From: Callorhinchus milii | Lineage: Eukaryota | DNA length: 64,000 nt | Assembly: GCF_018977255.1 (NCBI RefSeq) | Contig: NW_024704742.1 | Span: 8,434,001 to 8,498,000, forward strand | Direction: 5' to 3' | Part shown: in pieces, positions 10,913 through 23,329 of the stretch | Layout of the letters: each line of letters begins with the position of its first letter | Position numbering within the stretch: the stretch's first letter is position 1 | Position numbers and translations under genes: made by a program | Notes under the pieces: generated by a model | Seen by the model: the letters and a program-made list of their open reading frames with translations, nothing else | What the model was told of the DNA's origin: nothing | Databases searched by the model: none

Positions 10913-12011
10913 GGAAGCCCTCGAAGCTGAGATGGAAAAGAGGATTGAAGAAGTGCAACGCTTTAAAGAGCTGTTTCCTGAATGGAAAAAAAAGATGAGG
11001 GAATACAAAGGAGCACTGTGCAATATTGCCGACAATATTGACACAGTTCACCAAGGTGCCACAATAGCCAACATTACAGGGTCCTCAATGGGTGCTGTCG
11101 GAGGAATTCTATCCATTGGTGGATTAATCGCTGCTCCTTTTACAATGGGTTCATCATTGGTGCTTGCAAGTTTGGGAGCTGGCATAGGTGTAGCTGGTGG
11201 TGTCACTAACATTGCAGCTAGTGGTGTGGATGCTTTTAAACAAGGGGACATAGCAAAACAAATAGATGAAATCATGAAACAATATAAAGAGGATAGTGCA
11301 GAAATGGCAGATTGCTGCGATCAGTGTGTTAAAACGATTCAATTCTTAAATCCCTGCCTTGATGGTTCAAATTGTACAGTGGAGAAAATAGCTGATACCT
11401 TAACAAAAAGGGTGATGATTCTTATTGCAGCGCACAAAGCAGCAAGCATAGCAGGGAGAGATGCAGCAAAGATAGCAGCAAATAAAGCAGTTAAAGAAGC
11501 AGCGAGGAAATCAGCAAAAGAAGCAATTAGGAAAGCAGCGAAAGAAGCAGCAGGTAAAGCAATGAGGAAAGCAGCGAAAGAAGCAGCAGGTAAAGCAATG
11601 AGGAAAGCAGTGAAAGAAGCAGCAGGTAAAGCAGTGAGCAAAGTAGCGAAAGAAGCAGCAGGTAAAGCAGTGAGCAAAGTAGCGAAAGAAGCAGCAGGTA
11701 AAGCAGTGAGCAAAGCAGCGAAAGAAGCAGCAGGTAAAGCAGCAGGTAAATCAGCAGGTAAAGCGGTGGCCAGAACCATGAGCAAACGAGCATTAGGCAC
11801 ACTGGGTCTGTCAGGACTCCTTGTTGGTTGGGATATCTATTCTATAGTAAAGGATTCCTTGGAACTTGCAGAGGGATCGGGGACACAACTTTCTAATCAG
11901 ATCCGAAAATTGGCCCAACAGATGGAGGATGAAGTAAAGATTTATGAAAAGCTTTATAATCCTCTAGAAGGTATTGCAGTGAATGATGCAGGGTGGAAAC
12001 AGCCCAACTAG
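10913..12011 (+). CDS. APOL: APOL-A terminal coding exon: apolipoprotein L domain with an inserted Ala/Lys-rich repeat
   Basis: APOL hallmarks: IADNIDTVHQGATIANITGSSMGAVGGILSIGGLIAAPFTMGSSLVL and C-terminal WDIYSIVKDSLELAEG...QIRKLAQQME. Acceptor AG at 10911-10912 (phase 2), TAG at 12009-12011. Spliced CDS 85+25+1099 = 1209 nt. Confidence 0.92.
11532..11747 (+). repeat. Coding minisatellite: 6 x 36 bp (12 aa, KAAKEAAGKAMR/KVAKEAAGKAVS), with degenerate flanks ~11440-11770
   Basis: Unit aaagcagcgaaagaagcagcaggtaaagcaatgagg recurs at 11532, 11568, 11604, 11640, 11676 and 11712. Confidence 0.95.
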
Positions 12012-12658
12012 TCCTGAGGATGAGATTATGTGTGTCAAAGGGTCTTCTTCATCTTAAACTTTCGAGTAAGTGAGCGAGTGAGTGAGGCAGTGAGTGAGGC
12101 AGGGAGGGAGGGAGTGAATGAATGTGTGAGGCAACGGGCAAGTGAGGGAATGAACGATGGAGGGAGTGAGGCAGTGAGTGAGTGAGCGAATGTTTGAGCG
12201 TAAGAGTGAAGTACATGAGCCCGCCTGTCCCTTTCCTCTCTTCTGTACCCCTATTCCTTTCTCTACTATGTATGAATCAAGTTTTCTCTTGAATAGATTG
12301 GTGCTTTCTGCTGCAACCATAGCTTCCGCAGTGAGTTTGACATTCTCACCATCCTCTGTGTGAAGAAATCCCCCTAAACTTTGTTTAACATCTCCTGCTG
12401 ACTATTTTAGATGTATTTCCTGTAGTTTTGGACTCACTAACACGTAAAACATCAACATCTAACTCATCAACTAATTTAATAAACTAAAACACCTCCATTA
12501 GCTTCACTCTCAATCATCTCAACTCGAGAGAGAAAAGTTTCAAACTGTCTAGTCTTTCCTGATAGTCATATCCACTCATCCCTGGGAACATCCTTATAAA
12601 TTATGACATCCTAGTAAAATTACAGTGCGACAGGAAAGTGAATCAATCAGGTGGCCCA

Positions 12659-12763
12659 GGGGGAGGGACAGAGGAACCATGTCCCTCTGTACAGGCCTGG
12701 GCGGCCTTGTTAATGATAGGACACTGCCTCTGTAGAGGGAGATGTTTCCTCTGTCCCTCCCCC
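12659..12763. other. Hairpin (~35-bp arms) in the APOL-A 3' flank; identical copy at 31527-31631
   Basis: GGGGGAGGGACAGAGGAACCATGTCCCTCTGTACAG pairs with CTGTAGAGGGAGATGTTTCCTCTGTCCCTCCCCC (2 mismatches, 2-nt bulge). Confidence 0.75.
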
Positions 12764-14212
12764 TCTACAGACCCAGGGTCTTCGCCTTGAAAAGCTGCTA
12801 AACTTTCAAGAACAAATCAAATGAATAATATGGGGTGAAACCTACAGAGATGAACAAGGTCTGCGACACACAATCGAAGGTGAAGAAAGATGTGAAAACA
12901 TAACCTTCAACGTGGCCTTGAAATCTCTGTAGGATCCTCACAAATTACACTATTTGGGCGGAATTATAACATTTTAAAAATGACGATGCAAAATATTTGA
13001 AAATCTTTATAAAATATAAAAATATGTGGCTCAACATCAGCATCTTTTCAACAACAATCACTTGCACTTGTATAGCGCCCTCCATTCAGAGTAGCGTCCC
13101 AGAGCGCTTAACAATGGCAGAGCCTGACTCCGAGCTGGGTGGGGGAGGTGGTCGAAGAGGAAAGTTTTCAGGTGGGATTTGAAAGAGGGGAGAGAGGAGG
13201 CAAGGCAGAGGGATTGAGGGTGAGTGTTCCAGAGTTTTGGGGCGTAGTGGCTGAAAGCACGACCTCCGATGGTGGGGGGAAGGGTGTGAGTGATGAGTTG
13301 AGCGGAGGCGCCGGGTGGTGGATTGGGGAGTGAGGAGGTCAGAGAGGTAGGGAGGTGCCAGGGAGTGAATGGATTTGAATACGTACCCGACGTGAAAGGC
13401 GCTCTATAAATGCAATCATGTCGTTGTTGTTGTACGCTCAGCCTGCCCGAGTTGTCCTGTTCACTCCTACCTCCATTTGATGCTCACATGTCCTTTTCCT
13501 ACTGACTTTCAATCTGCAACACTGAGGGTCGTGAAAACAGAGCTGCGTGCTTAAGGGTTAGGTCATGTACTGAGCTGGAGCAGGACATCATATACAGCAG
13601 AAACTCAAGGGTGTGAGCATAGAACGAGAACATTGATTGAGGGTCATGTTTACTGAAATAATGTTTAAATAGTGAGATCAGGTACTTTAGATGCAGTTTG
13701 CTTTTCGGTTCAGTTAATTGGGTCCAATTGCTTTGTGGGAATAAGATTCATTTTAGGAGTCAATTTAATTTCAATATGTTCTCAAATAAATACAGCTGTT
13801 ACACTTTACAACCCTGTACACATTACAATCCTGTAAATCACTCTGACATCTTGAATATGTGCAGGGCGCTATATCAAATACCAGCAATTATTATTAATCA
13901 CTGAAAAACTGTTTCAGGTTCTACCAGTGTAATCCTGACAAGATCAAATCTAGATTGTGCCCAGTTTAATGCAAATGTAATCCTTATAGACATCAATGTT
14001 ACACTGTACCCAGCTCACTGTCAGTGTGATCCTCATGGAGGACGTCCCCAGGCGCTCGACTATCAATTTTTCGGACCCGGGCTGGGGTTTAGGATTGGGA
14101 GGGTGGAGGGTAGGGGAAGAAGGAGGGTGATCGAAAGCACGGTTGAAGAGGAGGGTCTTGAGATGGATCTTGAACGAGGCAAGAGAGGGGACAAGGCAGA
14201 GGGACTGCGGCA

Positions 14213-14775
14213 TGTAATGGATTATGAAGAGTTAATTGGCTAAGAAAGAATCTGTTATTGGAGTCGTCATCTGCTGTTAATTACTGTTATGCACATTGTG
14301 ATAATCAGCCAAAGCTGATGTGATTAATATAACCAGCTGGGTGAAACAAGCTGATAACTGGGGCAGATAACCAGGATATGAGCAAGTGTGTAGATGAGCT
14401 GCACTTCAGTGTGCGAGTGTGTACCGTTCACTCAGCCAGGAGGGAGAACTCCCAGCCCAGGTTTCCGAGATTCAAGTAACATCAGAAGAGGAAAGAAGAA
14501 CAGACGTCGACGACACAAGAACACAAGTTGCAAAAGATTGATCATCAGCGTCCCCAATACCAAGAGACTCCTTGTCGGCTGCCTATGAACTTTGATACTG
14601 TCACTACGGTGATTTACTGTACATGAGTATAATACTGCTATTGCACCCTGATGGTTGATTCATGCAAAACTTTGCCTCAGAAATAAATGAACTGTTAAGC
14701 CAACAACTTCAGTTCCTGACTCCATACTTTAGCGAATAGAATGGTTGTTTCCACTGCTGATCGCAACTGTTGACA
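14213..14775 (+). mobile_element. Candidate solo LTR
   Basis: Begins TGT directly after a truncated L2 piece, has AATAAA at ~14681 and ends ACA. No clean TSD. Confidence 0.35.
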
Positions 14776-15375
14776 GGCTAATACACAATGATCTGTTCCT
14801 TTGCTTGCCGATAGCCTGGTTAATAAAGAGCAGTTTGTTCCATTGCTGGCTATTCCTTTGAACCCAACAACAGCTAACACTGTGCCAGTGTATTGTTTTA
14901 TAAGGACATGTCCAGAGAATATATATTTTATACAGAATATAACAGCAAAAATTAATGCTAAACTTCTAATCACAGTTAGAATATTGCATCCAGTATTAGC
15001 CACCCCACTTCAGGAAAGACGTCAAGGCAATAGAGGAGATTTACTGGGATGATATCAGGGATGAGAGGTTTGGTCAATGAGTGGAGACTGTAGGTAGTGA
15101 GACTTTTATCCAATGGAACAAAGCAGGTTGAGGTGTGGCTTGACAAAGAACTTTAAAATTATGAGGGATTTTGATAGAGTCAATAGGGAGACTTTATTTC
15201 TTCTGTCAGTAAACTATAGGGCATCAATTTAACATTGTAAACAAGAAAATGGGGAGGGTAGGAGAAATTTTAGGACCACCTAAAGTTGGAAAGTTGACTG
15301 AAGCATGCCCTGGGACGTCTTTCCGAAGTGAAGGGCGCTATACAAGTGTAATTTGTTGTTGTTGTTAATGTTTCT

Positions 15376-16290
15376 ATCAACAACAACAACAGAATTACAT
15401 TTGTACAGCATCTTTCACATTGGGAGGACTTCCCAAGGTGCTGGATGATCGATCAGTGTTTCGGATCCGAGCTGGGGGTCAGGACTGGGGAGGGTGCTGG
15501 GTAGGGGGAGAGGCTGGGTGATTGAAAGCACAGTCGAAGAGGAGGATCTTGAGATGGGTCTTGAAGGAGACAAGAGAGGGGGCGAGGCAGAGTGACTGCA
15601 GGATGGAGTTCCAGAGGGTGTGGACAGTGTGGCTGAGGACCCGCCCACCCAATGGTACAGCATTGGCGAGGCAGGGGGATGTGAAGCGGAGGGAGCGGGC
15701 AGGATGGTAGGGGGTTAGGAGGTCGCAGAGATAGGAGGGAACAAGGAGGGAACACCTGCATGAAACTCCGTACCCCCATCACACCAGTCTGTGCCAGGTT
15801 CCACTGGCTCCCTATCACACACACTGAACACCATCACGCCAGTCCTCAACAGGCTCCACTGGCTCCCAATTACCGAATAAATCGATTTTAAAATCCTCTC
15901 ATTTGTTTTCAAATCCCTGCATGCTCTTCCCCTCCTCCCTACCTATTTGATTTGCTAACCCCCCACTCCACCACTGCTCGGCTGTCTCCAGCCTCCTTTT
16001 CATTCCTTGTCCCCTTCTGCTGCACCATCAGTAGCCGTGCCTTCAGCCACTACGCCCTGAATCTCTGAAACGTTCTCCCTCAATCCCTCCGCCTTGTCCC
16101 CTTCCTCACCATTTTCAAATCCCACCGAAAGATCTTCCTTCTTGATCATGTTTATGGTCACCTCCAAACCCCCCTTCACCCCCACCCACTGCCCTCTCCC
16201 CCTGGTTTGGTGTCAGACTCCACCAATGTCAAGTGTTTTGGGACACTACCCCAAGTGATGGGCGCTATATAAAGTTGTTGTTGTTGTATG
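15376..16290. mobile_element. L2 3'-end fragments in opposite orientations
   Basis: L2 3' UTR signatures (aagatcctcctcttcgac, gggcgctatataaagttgttg): minus ~15376-15750, plus ~15770-16290. Confidence 0.75.
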
Positions 16291-16369
16291 CTGGACCCCA
16301 CCGCATCCTTACCAGCCATTGCCTCCTGCCATTGCAGATAGTGACCTGCACAGCTGATTCAGAGAAGCG

Positions 16370-16812
16370 GGAGCGGGGGGGAAGTGTGAGATAGATTGAG
16401 AGAGGGAGATTGTGTATGAGAGTCTGAGTGAGATGTGAGAGAAGGGGAGTAAGAGAGTGAGTGAGAGAGAGGGCAAGAGAGAGAGAGTGATTGTGAGTGA
16501 AAGAGAGTAAGGGAGAGATTGATTGATTGACGGGGGAAAGAAACAGAGAATGTGTGAGAGATTACAGAGAGCGCGGGAGAGAGTGTAAGTGCAGCACAGA
16601 GAGGGACTGAGAAAGGTAATTAAGAGAGGTAGAGAGGGGGGAGAAGGGGTGACAGGGAATGTGTGGGAGAAAGGGTGTGAGAGGGAGTGAGAGAGAGTAA
16701 TTGAGAGAGAGTGTGTGTGAGAGAATTCATGAGAGAGAGGGAAGAGCGAGAGTGATTAAAAGAGGGAGAGAGCATGTGAGAGAGAGTGAGAGAGCAGAGA
16801 GAGAGGAGAGAA
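16370..16812. repeat. GA-rich low-complexity tract
   Basis: Degenerate (GA)n/(GAGT)n run. Confidence 0.9.
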
Positions 16813-17309
16813 GTGTTTTGTTATTCATTGTCAGGCTGGATTACTAGAGCCTCCCTCGACCGTTGTGGGTGGGGGGGCAGGTAACCGGGGGGACACTGAG
16901 GTACAGGCTGTGCAGTTTCATCACAGAAAGCTCCCTGTTTCCCCAGTGAGAAACTCCTCTACGTTCTTCATCCCCCCGCCCTGCCTCCCTCTGTGACCTC
17001 CCAAGTGACCATTCCCTTTCCCCAGCAAACACTGGCTTGCTTCGTGTCCCCACACATCACCATTTTGCCCCCACCTACGCTTTCAGTTATCTTTTTGTCT
17101 CACCATCCCACCTCCCTCAGCTCCCATCCCCAGCTCAGGTGCTCAACTGGCAGTGTCGAACCCTTTGAGATGTCCTTCCTATGTGAAAAAGACGCTGTGT
17201 AAATATTATATTTCTGGAAGGGAGACACGAAAATATTGCTTATGTGGCCCATGGACATTTCTCAAATAGGGCATCCGGCCCTCGGCAGCCAAAAGGCTGG
17301 CCCTGCGGC

Positions 17310-17615
17310 CTAGACTATGTGAGTTCCAAATCACCGACCCAAGGGCTTGAACCCACAACTTTCTGACTCATAGCCAAGATTACTATCATAAACCAGGCTG
17401 ACATATGATTCTGTCACCTAACCAAGAAGAGCGTGTGTTAGAGCGTGTTAGACCGGGGTGGTGGGATCTCCTGCCCCTCACTCTCTGGGTCATATATGAA
17501 TGGGAGCTCAGGCTGAGGTAAAGGAGATGCCTGTGGAATTGTCCCTCAGTATAGAGGAGTGTGACAGGTTGTGGAGAGAGCTGGTACCATGGATTTGGGA
17601 ATCAGAGTATCACAA
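17310..17615. repeat. Segmental duplication, direct copy at ~33145-33502
   Basis: Shared non-TE text, e.g. actatgtgagttccaaatc, caggctgacatatgat, atgaatgggagctcagg and catggatttgggaatcagag. Confidence 0.8.
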
Positions 17616-18223
17616 GATCCATTAGCACAGGAGAGGCAGCCTGTCGATATATTGCAGTGCAGGGCAGACTACAGTGTAGGAGTATATGGCACCTCCCAAC
17701 CTCTCTGACCTGCTTACTCTCCGAGCTGCTTACTCGCCAACCCACTAACCACTGCCTCCGCTCGACTGGTTCCAACCTTCTGCATGTCCCTTGTGCCCTC
17801 ATTTCCATCATCGGTGGCTGGGATTTCAGCCACTATGCCACAAAACTCTGGAACACACTTCTTCTATCCCTCCACCTTGCCCCTTCCTTCCCCATCTTCA
17901 GATTGCCCCTGAAGACCTTCCTCTTCGACTATGCCTATGGTCACCTCCCCCTCTCCCCGGCTCGGCAATGTGCTCCCCCATTGTCAAGCGCTCTGGGATC
18001 CCCTGTGTGAAGGGGCACTATATAAACGCAAGTTGTTGTTGTTGTTGAGTTCCAAGTCCTGATGCGGGACTTGAACCCACAGCCTTCTGATTCAGATAGT
18101 GTTACCAACTGAGCCAAGCTTACACACACTACATGCAGGACATAGGGAAACCAATAGGTTAGACTGAACAATCAATAGAATCAGAAATAAATACATGAAA
18201 TAGATCACAGAAAGAGTAACCAA

Positions 18224-18229
18224 TTTAAT
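18224..18229 (-). terminator. Candidate polyadenylation signal (ATTAAA) for APOL-B
   Basis: ATTAAA ~120 bp downstream of the stop, followed by a U/GU-rich stretch. Confidence 0.45.
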
Positions 18230-18349
18230 ATATTGTTGAAAAATGGACAGGTTCATAAACAACAAGAATGCAATCTACTAACAATCTGCCCAAATGGGGT
18301 TTGTGACAGGCACTGAAGTCAAAGTTAGCCACGAGTCCTGCACATTGGG

Positions 18350-19089
18350 CTAGTTTTGCTTTACAGTTTGACTTAAAGTTTCATAAACCTCTTCATACTT
18401 CTTTACCTCATCCTTTATCTTTTGAGCCACAGCTCGTATTTGTTTAGCCATTTCTGTCTCAGCTCCTTTGCTAAGGTCAATGGAATCCACTGTGATAGAG
18501 TAGATATCCCACACAACAAAGAGTCCTGACAGAACGCCAGAAACCGCCTTGAATGTTCTTAAGGACTGTTTGGACATTGCTGCAGCCACTGTAGCAATAA
18601 CACCTGTGCTTTTTGAAAAGACCTCAGTCACACCAATGAAAGCATCTTTTACTAATTCGTCACTGCAATTCTCATAGAAATGAACTGCATTGCAGAATTT
18701 ACTGAAGCAATCTGCCATTTCCTCACTGTCCCTTTTATACTCTTCCATGATTTCATTAACTCTTTTTTGTTTATTCGATTGTGAAACAGAATCTACTGCA
18801 TTAGCTGCGATGTTAGTGACACCACCAGCTACACCCACCCCAACTCCCACACCCGTGAGTACCCAATGATGTACCCAATGTGAAAGGGGCAGCAATTAAT
18901 CCTCCAATCGTTAGAGCCCCTCCAACAACACCTACAGAAGACCCTGTAATATTGGCAATGGTGGCACCTTTGTGACACTCGTCAATATTATTTGCGATCT
19001 CTTGGAGTAATGTCACGTGTTGATCCATCCGTTCTTTCCAGTCAGGAAACTTCTTTGAAAAACATTGTAAGTCCTCAGCTTTATTATTC
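18350..19089 (-). CDS. APOL: APOL-B terminal exon, apolipoprotein L domain, with a single +1 frameshift at 18862-18864 (recent pseudogene or assembly error)
   Basis: ORFs 18813-19028 (IANNIDECHKGATIANITGSS...IAAPFTLG) and 18350-18895 (VLTGVGVGVGVAGGVTNIA...WDIYSITVDSIDL) join if one G of TTGGGTACTC is removed. Phase-2 acceptor tatttatagcAG at 19091-19090. Confidence 0.88.
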
Positions 19090-19194
19090 CTGCTATAAAT
19101 ACAATTATATGTCAGGAGCGTTCACACATCATTGGCCTGAAACATGGCCTGATCTTGCTAGAAAAACTGGGATTGGCTAAAGAAACTCGAATTA

Positions 19195-19425
19195 ATCTCC
19201 TTGGAGCAGATAAATTTAAGAGGAGATTTAATAAAGGTTAACATTATGAGGGGATTCAATAGAGTGAACAGGGAGAAACTATTTCCACTGGCAGGTGGGT
19301 CAGTAACCAGAGGTCACAGATTTAAAATAGTTGTCAAAAGAACCAGAGAGGATTTGAGGATAATTTTTTTCACACAACGAGTTGTTCGGGTATGGAATGC
19401 ATTGCCTGAAAGCAGGGTAGAAGCG
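19195..19425 (+). mobile_element. CR1 3' fragment
   Basis: LRGDLIKV..IMRGF...LFPLAGGSVTRGHRFK...FFTQRVVRVWNALP. Confidence 0.85.
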
Positions 19426-19622
19426 GGGGATGGAGGAGGCACAGAGCAGGGAACGGAGGGGGTACAGAGCGGGGAATGGAGGGGGCACAGAGCAGGGAAT
19501 GAAGGAGGCACTGGGCAGAGTGGAGGGGCACAGGGCAAGACCCAGGATCTGACCAATAGGGAAGTGGTTTGGAACCTGACTGACAGTGTGAGCTTGTTGT
19601 GATCTCGCTTCATAACTGAAAT

Positions 19623-20599
19623 TGTGAATATATGTTAACCTATGTAGTCAAAAGAATTATCTTGATTAATGGTTAAAAGTGATGATGTAACTAGAAAAAT
19701 GTCAAGATGACTTGTTTATGATTGTTGAAGATGTTTTTCCATAACAAATTCATCTTTTAATTAGTGTTGTGTTAACGATGAGGTAGTTGAAGAGGTTTTC
19801 CCATAACAGATTCATGTTTAATCAGTGTCGTGTTAAAGTGTTCAATAACAAATAACAATTGTACTGATTGTATTCTGTTATTCCTTTTATGTGAGACAAT
19901 TGCTTCATGGATGTAAGAAAGGAAAGATTGTTTATTCTTATCCTGCCTATAGAAAATTGATCATTAAAGGTGTATGGCCAAACTACACTTTGTTCAACCT
20001 AAGACATAACATATCAGGTGCTCTCCACATAAAAAGCCATCTTTCATGTGATGATATGAAGTGGTGAAGCCAATGTACTGTCTTCGAGTTTAAAATGCAC
20101 CAGATTTAAACTATTCCATCATTTCATCAACTTTCGTTAATTCCAACAATTTCAGGAAGAAGGAAAACTGCAGAAATTCCAGAACGTCTGAAATTGTTTT
20201 AAAGGTAACGGGAAGAGAAGATGGACAATATATAACTACTGTTGAATAAAGTGCACGGCTCAGCTGTCCATCATCAACTTTGACTTCTTGATCAATAAAC
20301 CCAAGCAGGAGGTTTCTGGTCTGAAGCAAGAGACTTTTCATCCGATGCCTGTTGTTTGACTTCTGCCTGTTGTTTGTGAATTAACCAATTGACTTTAATA
20401 TGGACATGTGTCTACGCTATTGACACCTCTGTTGTATTGTGATATTTGAACTAACAAACTTTGCATTTCATATTAAGTAAAGAATTTTTAAAGCATGAGT
20501 TGCTGAGTGTCATTGGTTGCTCAGTTCTTGGGTCCTTATTTAAAGAGAGGCTATAAAAAATAATCTGGTCTGATTCTGCTCATTGCTCAGAACCCAACA
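19623..20599 (+). mobile_element. Candidate solo LTR / unclassified insertion
   Basis: TG...CA ends, an internal ~60-bp direct repeat (19724-19836) and a CATAAAAA box at ~20028. No TSD seen. Confidence 0.3.
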
Positions 20600-22655
20600 A
20601 GCTTCAACAACAAGAAGATTAAATTTGTATAGTGCCTTTCATGTCGGGAGGACTTCCAAAGGCACTGGACAGTGTACAGCATTTCAGACCCAAACTGGGG
20701 TCAGGAGGGGGAAGGGAGGGGAGGGAAAGGGGGGTGGCCGATGGCATGGTTGAAGAGGAGGGCTTTGAGGCAGGACTTGAAGGAGGCTAAGGAGGGGGCG
20801 AGGCAGAGTGATTGGAGGATGGAATTCCAGAGATTGGGGGCAGAGTGGCTGAAGGTTCTCCCGCCATTGGTGGGGCGGGTGGGTCAGGGGAATGTGGAGC
20901 AGGCCAGAGCCGGCTGAGAGGAGGGAGCAGGCGGGTTGCTAGGGTGTAAGGAGGTCACAGAGGTAGGGTGGGGCAAGGTCACGGAGGGCTTTGTGCTAAC
21001 AGAGGAGGGAAACTGCCCAGGATAGAGGTTCACTTCCCAAACTGGTCAGAGAAAGACATGAACAGAGCCAGAAAAGACCATCCAGTCCACCTAGCTTATC
21101 ACAAAGTAGAAAAGCACAAGATGGGACAATGACATGTTCATCTCATCTTTCCTGAAAACCTACCCAAACATTTCCCTATCACAGCAACAAGCTATTTCTT
21201 AAATGAGTCCAATATCCTGGCCTCAACCACCTTCCTGATAATTGATTCTAGTCATTATTCCCCCTCCTTGTAAGATACTTGTTGGTGTCTGTCCTGAACA
21301 TGCCCTTCACACCCTGACACTGTCCTATCATCTTGTCCTGTTGCCTTGAGATACCTGAAAGTATTGTTATTTTCTCAATCACAGAGTGTTGTTTACACTG
21401 TTAATTTTATTGCCATCTTTATTGCAGTGACAATATGATTCCTGCTGAAATGATTTGATAGTATTTTGCAAGGGACGATCAGTCACTGGGGACAGGGAAT
21501 CCTCGCACTCAGCCATGTAAGCGAAAGGCCTAACAGGTAGAGTGATCTTTGCTGGACAAGCAGCAGGAAAGCTTGCCAGACAGTATTATGCTGGTTAAAC
21601 TCCAGCACACTTTGGGGTCCCCAAGTGTCTTGCCCACCATCACCTAATACTTCCCAGAATTAGGAATCTTTCTCTGGCATTTCCATGTGTAGGTGGGTGC
21701 ATGGAAATCTCAGCTTGGTTTTGTTACTCTTAAGCACGGTGATGGGTATCTCCATGTGTCACACATGTGATTGAACCAAAACCAAAGTGGCTGAGGAGAT
21801 GGAAACTATTGTGGCTTCCTGAACTCTGAATGTTATGAGATCACAAGGTGGGTTTGGATGAAGAAAGACCTTTGGTCCATCTGATCTCATCCCTCCAAAA
21901 CACCTACCCTATCCCTCCATCACAGCATCAAGCTGCTTTTTAAATTAGTCCAATGTCCTAGCATCAACCACCCTTCCTGGCCACTCTGTTCCAGTCATCA
22001 ATTAACCTCTTGGGAAAGAAAAAATCCTGCTGTCTGTCCTGAAGTTGCCTTTACATCTCTAACCTTCTTATTATATTGTCTTGATGTGTCCTAAAGTATT
22101 GATCTGGGTTTACCTTTTCAATCCCATTTAAAATGTTACAAACCTCTATGAGTTCCCCCCTGAGTTGTCTTCTCTCAAGACTGCAGAGCTTGAGCTTGTC
22201 TAGTTATTGCTCACAGCTCATTCCTCTAACACTGGGGATCAGCCACATTGCTCTCCTCTGCACTGTCTCTAGTGTCTGGCAGTCCCTTTATGTCACAGTG
22301 ATCAGAGCTGTCTGCAGTATTCAAGGCCTGACCAGAGGGTGATGTCTGGGGTCTGAATCCCACACCAGGGCTGGGGGGGTGGTATTGACTGGATGATGAG
22401 AGGCAATAGAACAAGAAACAACAATCAGACAGAGTTGGACAAAAGATAAAGTGAAGTTAGGAAAGTTAGGAAAAGGATTCTCAGAACATGGAATGAATTT
22501 CCAGCAGTGTCTGTTGAAGCAGCATTGATTGTGGTATTTTGAAAGAGAATTCAATAGGAACATATGAAGAACAAATATTAGAGGATACAGTGAAAGAGCA
22601 GAGGAGTAGGATAGATGGCTTTGTTATTAACCCACAGTTTAACATATGTACATAC

Positions 22656-22680
22656 CAGGATGCTCTATCAACATCTGCAT
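22656..22680 (-). CDS. APOL: APOL-B 25-nt micro-exon (DADVDRASW)
   Basis: Minus strand cttatttaccAG|ATGCAGATGTTGATAGAGCATCCTG|GTATGT. Same length and phases as the APOL-A micro-exon. Confidence 0.65.
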
Positions 22681-23329
22681 CTGGTAAATAAGTGGTAAAA
22701 AATATAACTGGTTATAATCTGGTACTAACAGTGAACATGACACAATCCTGGCTGATACAATGAACACACACACACACCAACACAGACACCATTCCCATCC
22801 AGGCTATCACATCCAGGCTCGACTAGGCTAACTCCTTGCTTATCCGTCATCCCAACTTTTCCTCCACAAACTGCAGATTATTCAGAACTCTGCAGCTTGT
22901 GTCCTCTACCACACCGGGCTCCATGATCATCACCCTCACCCTCGCCCAGCTCGACTGGCTTGCCAACCCCCAGAGATAGAGTTAAAAATCCTCCCCATTG
23001 CCTTCAAAGCACTCCATGGCCCTGTTCCTCACTACTGTGACCTGCTAATCCCATACCACCCTGTCCACTCTCTTCGCTCAGGACCGGTCTATATCCCACG
23101 CCCGGCCCACCCCACCTTCAGCATTCAGACCTTCAGCCTCTCGACCCCCACCCTTTGGAATTCCACCCCACCTCACACCCTCCTATGTCTCCTTCGTCTA
23201 AAGACCCTCTTCTTTGACCACACCTTTGGCCACTCTCCTATCCCTACCCTGCCTTCCCTCCATCTGTCCTGATCCCAACCCCCAGGTTGGGTCCAATTTC
23301 CTGACAGTCCAGCGCCTTGGGACATCCAC

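Noticed and set aside
11339..11802. Antisense ORFs over the Ala/Lys repeat
   Set aside because: Shadow frames of the 36-bp repeat.
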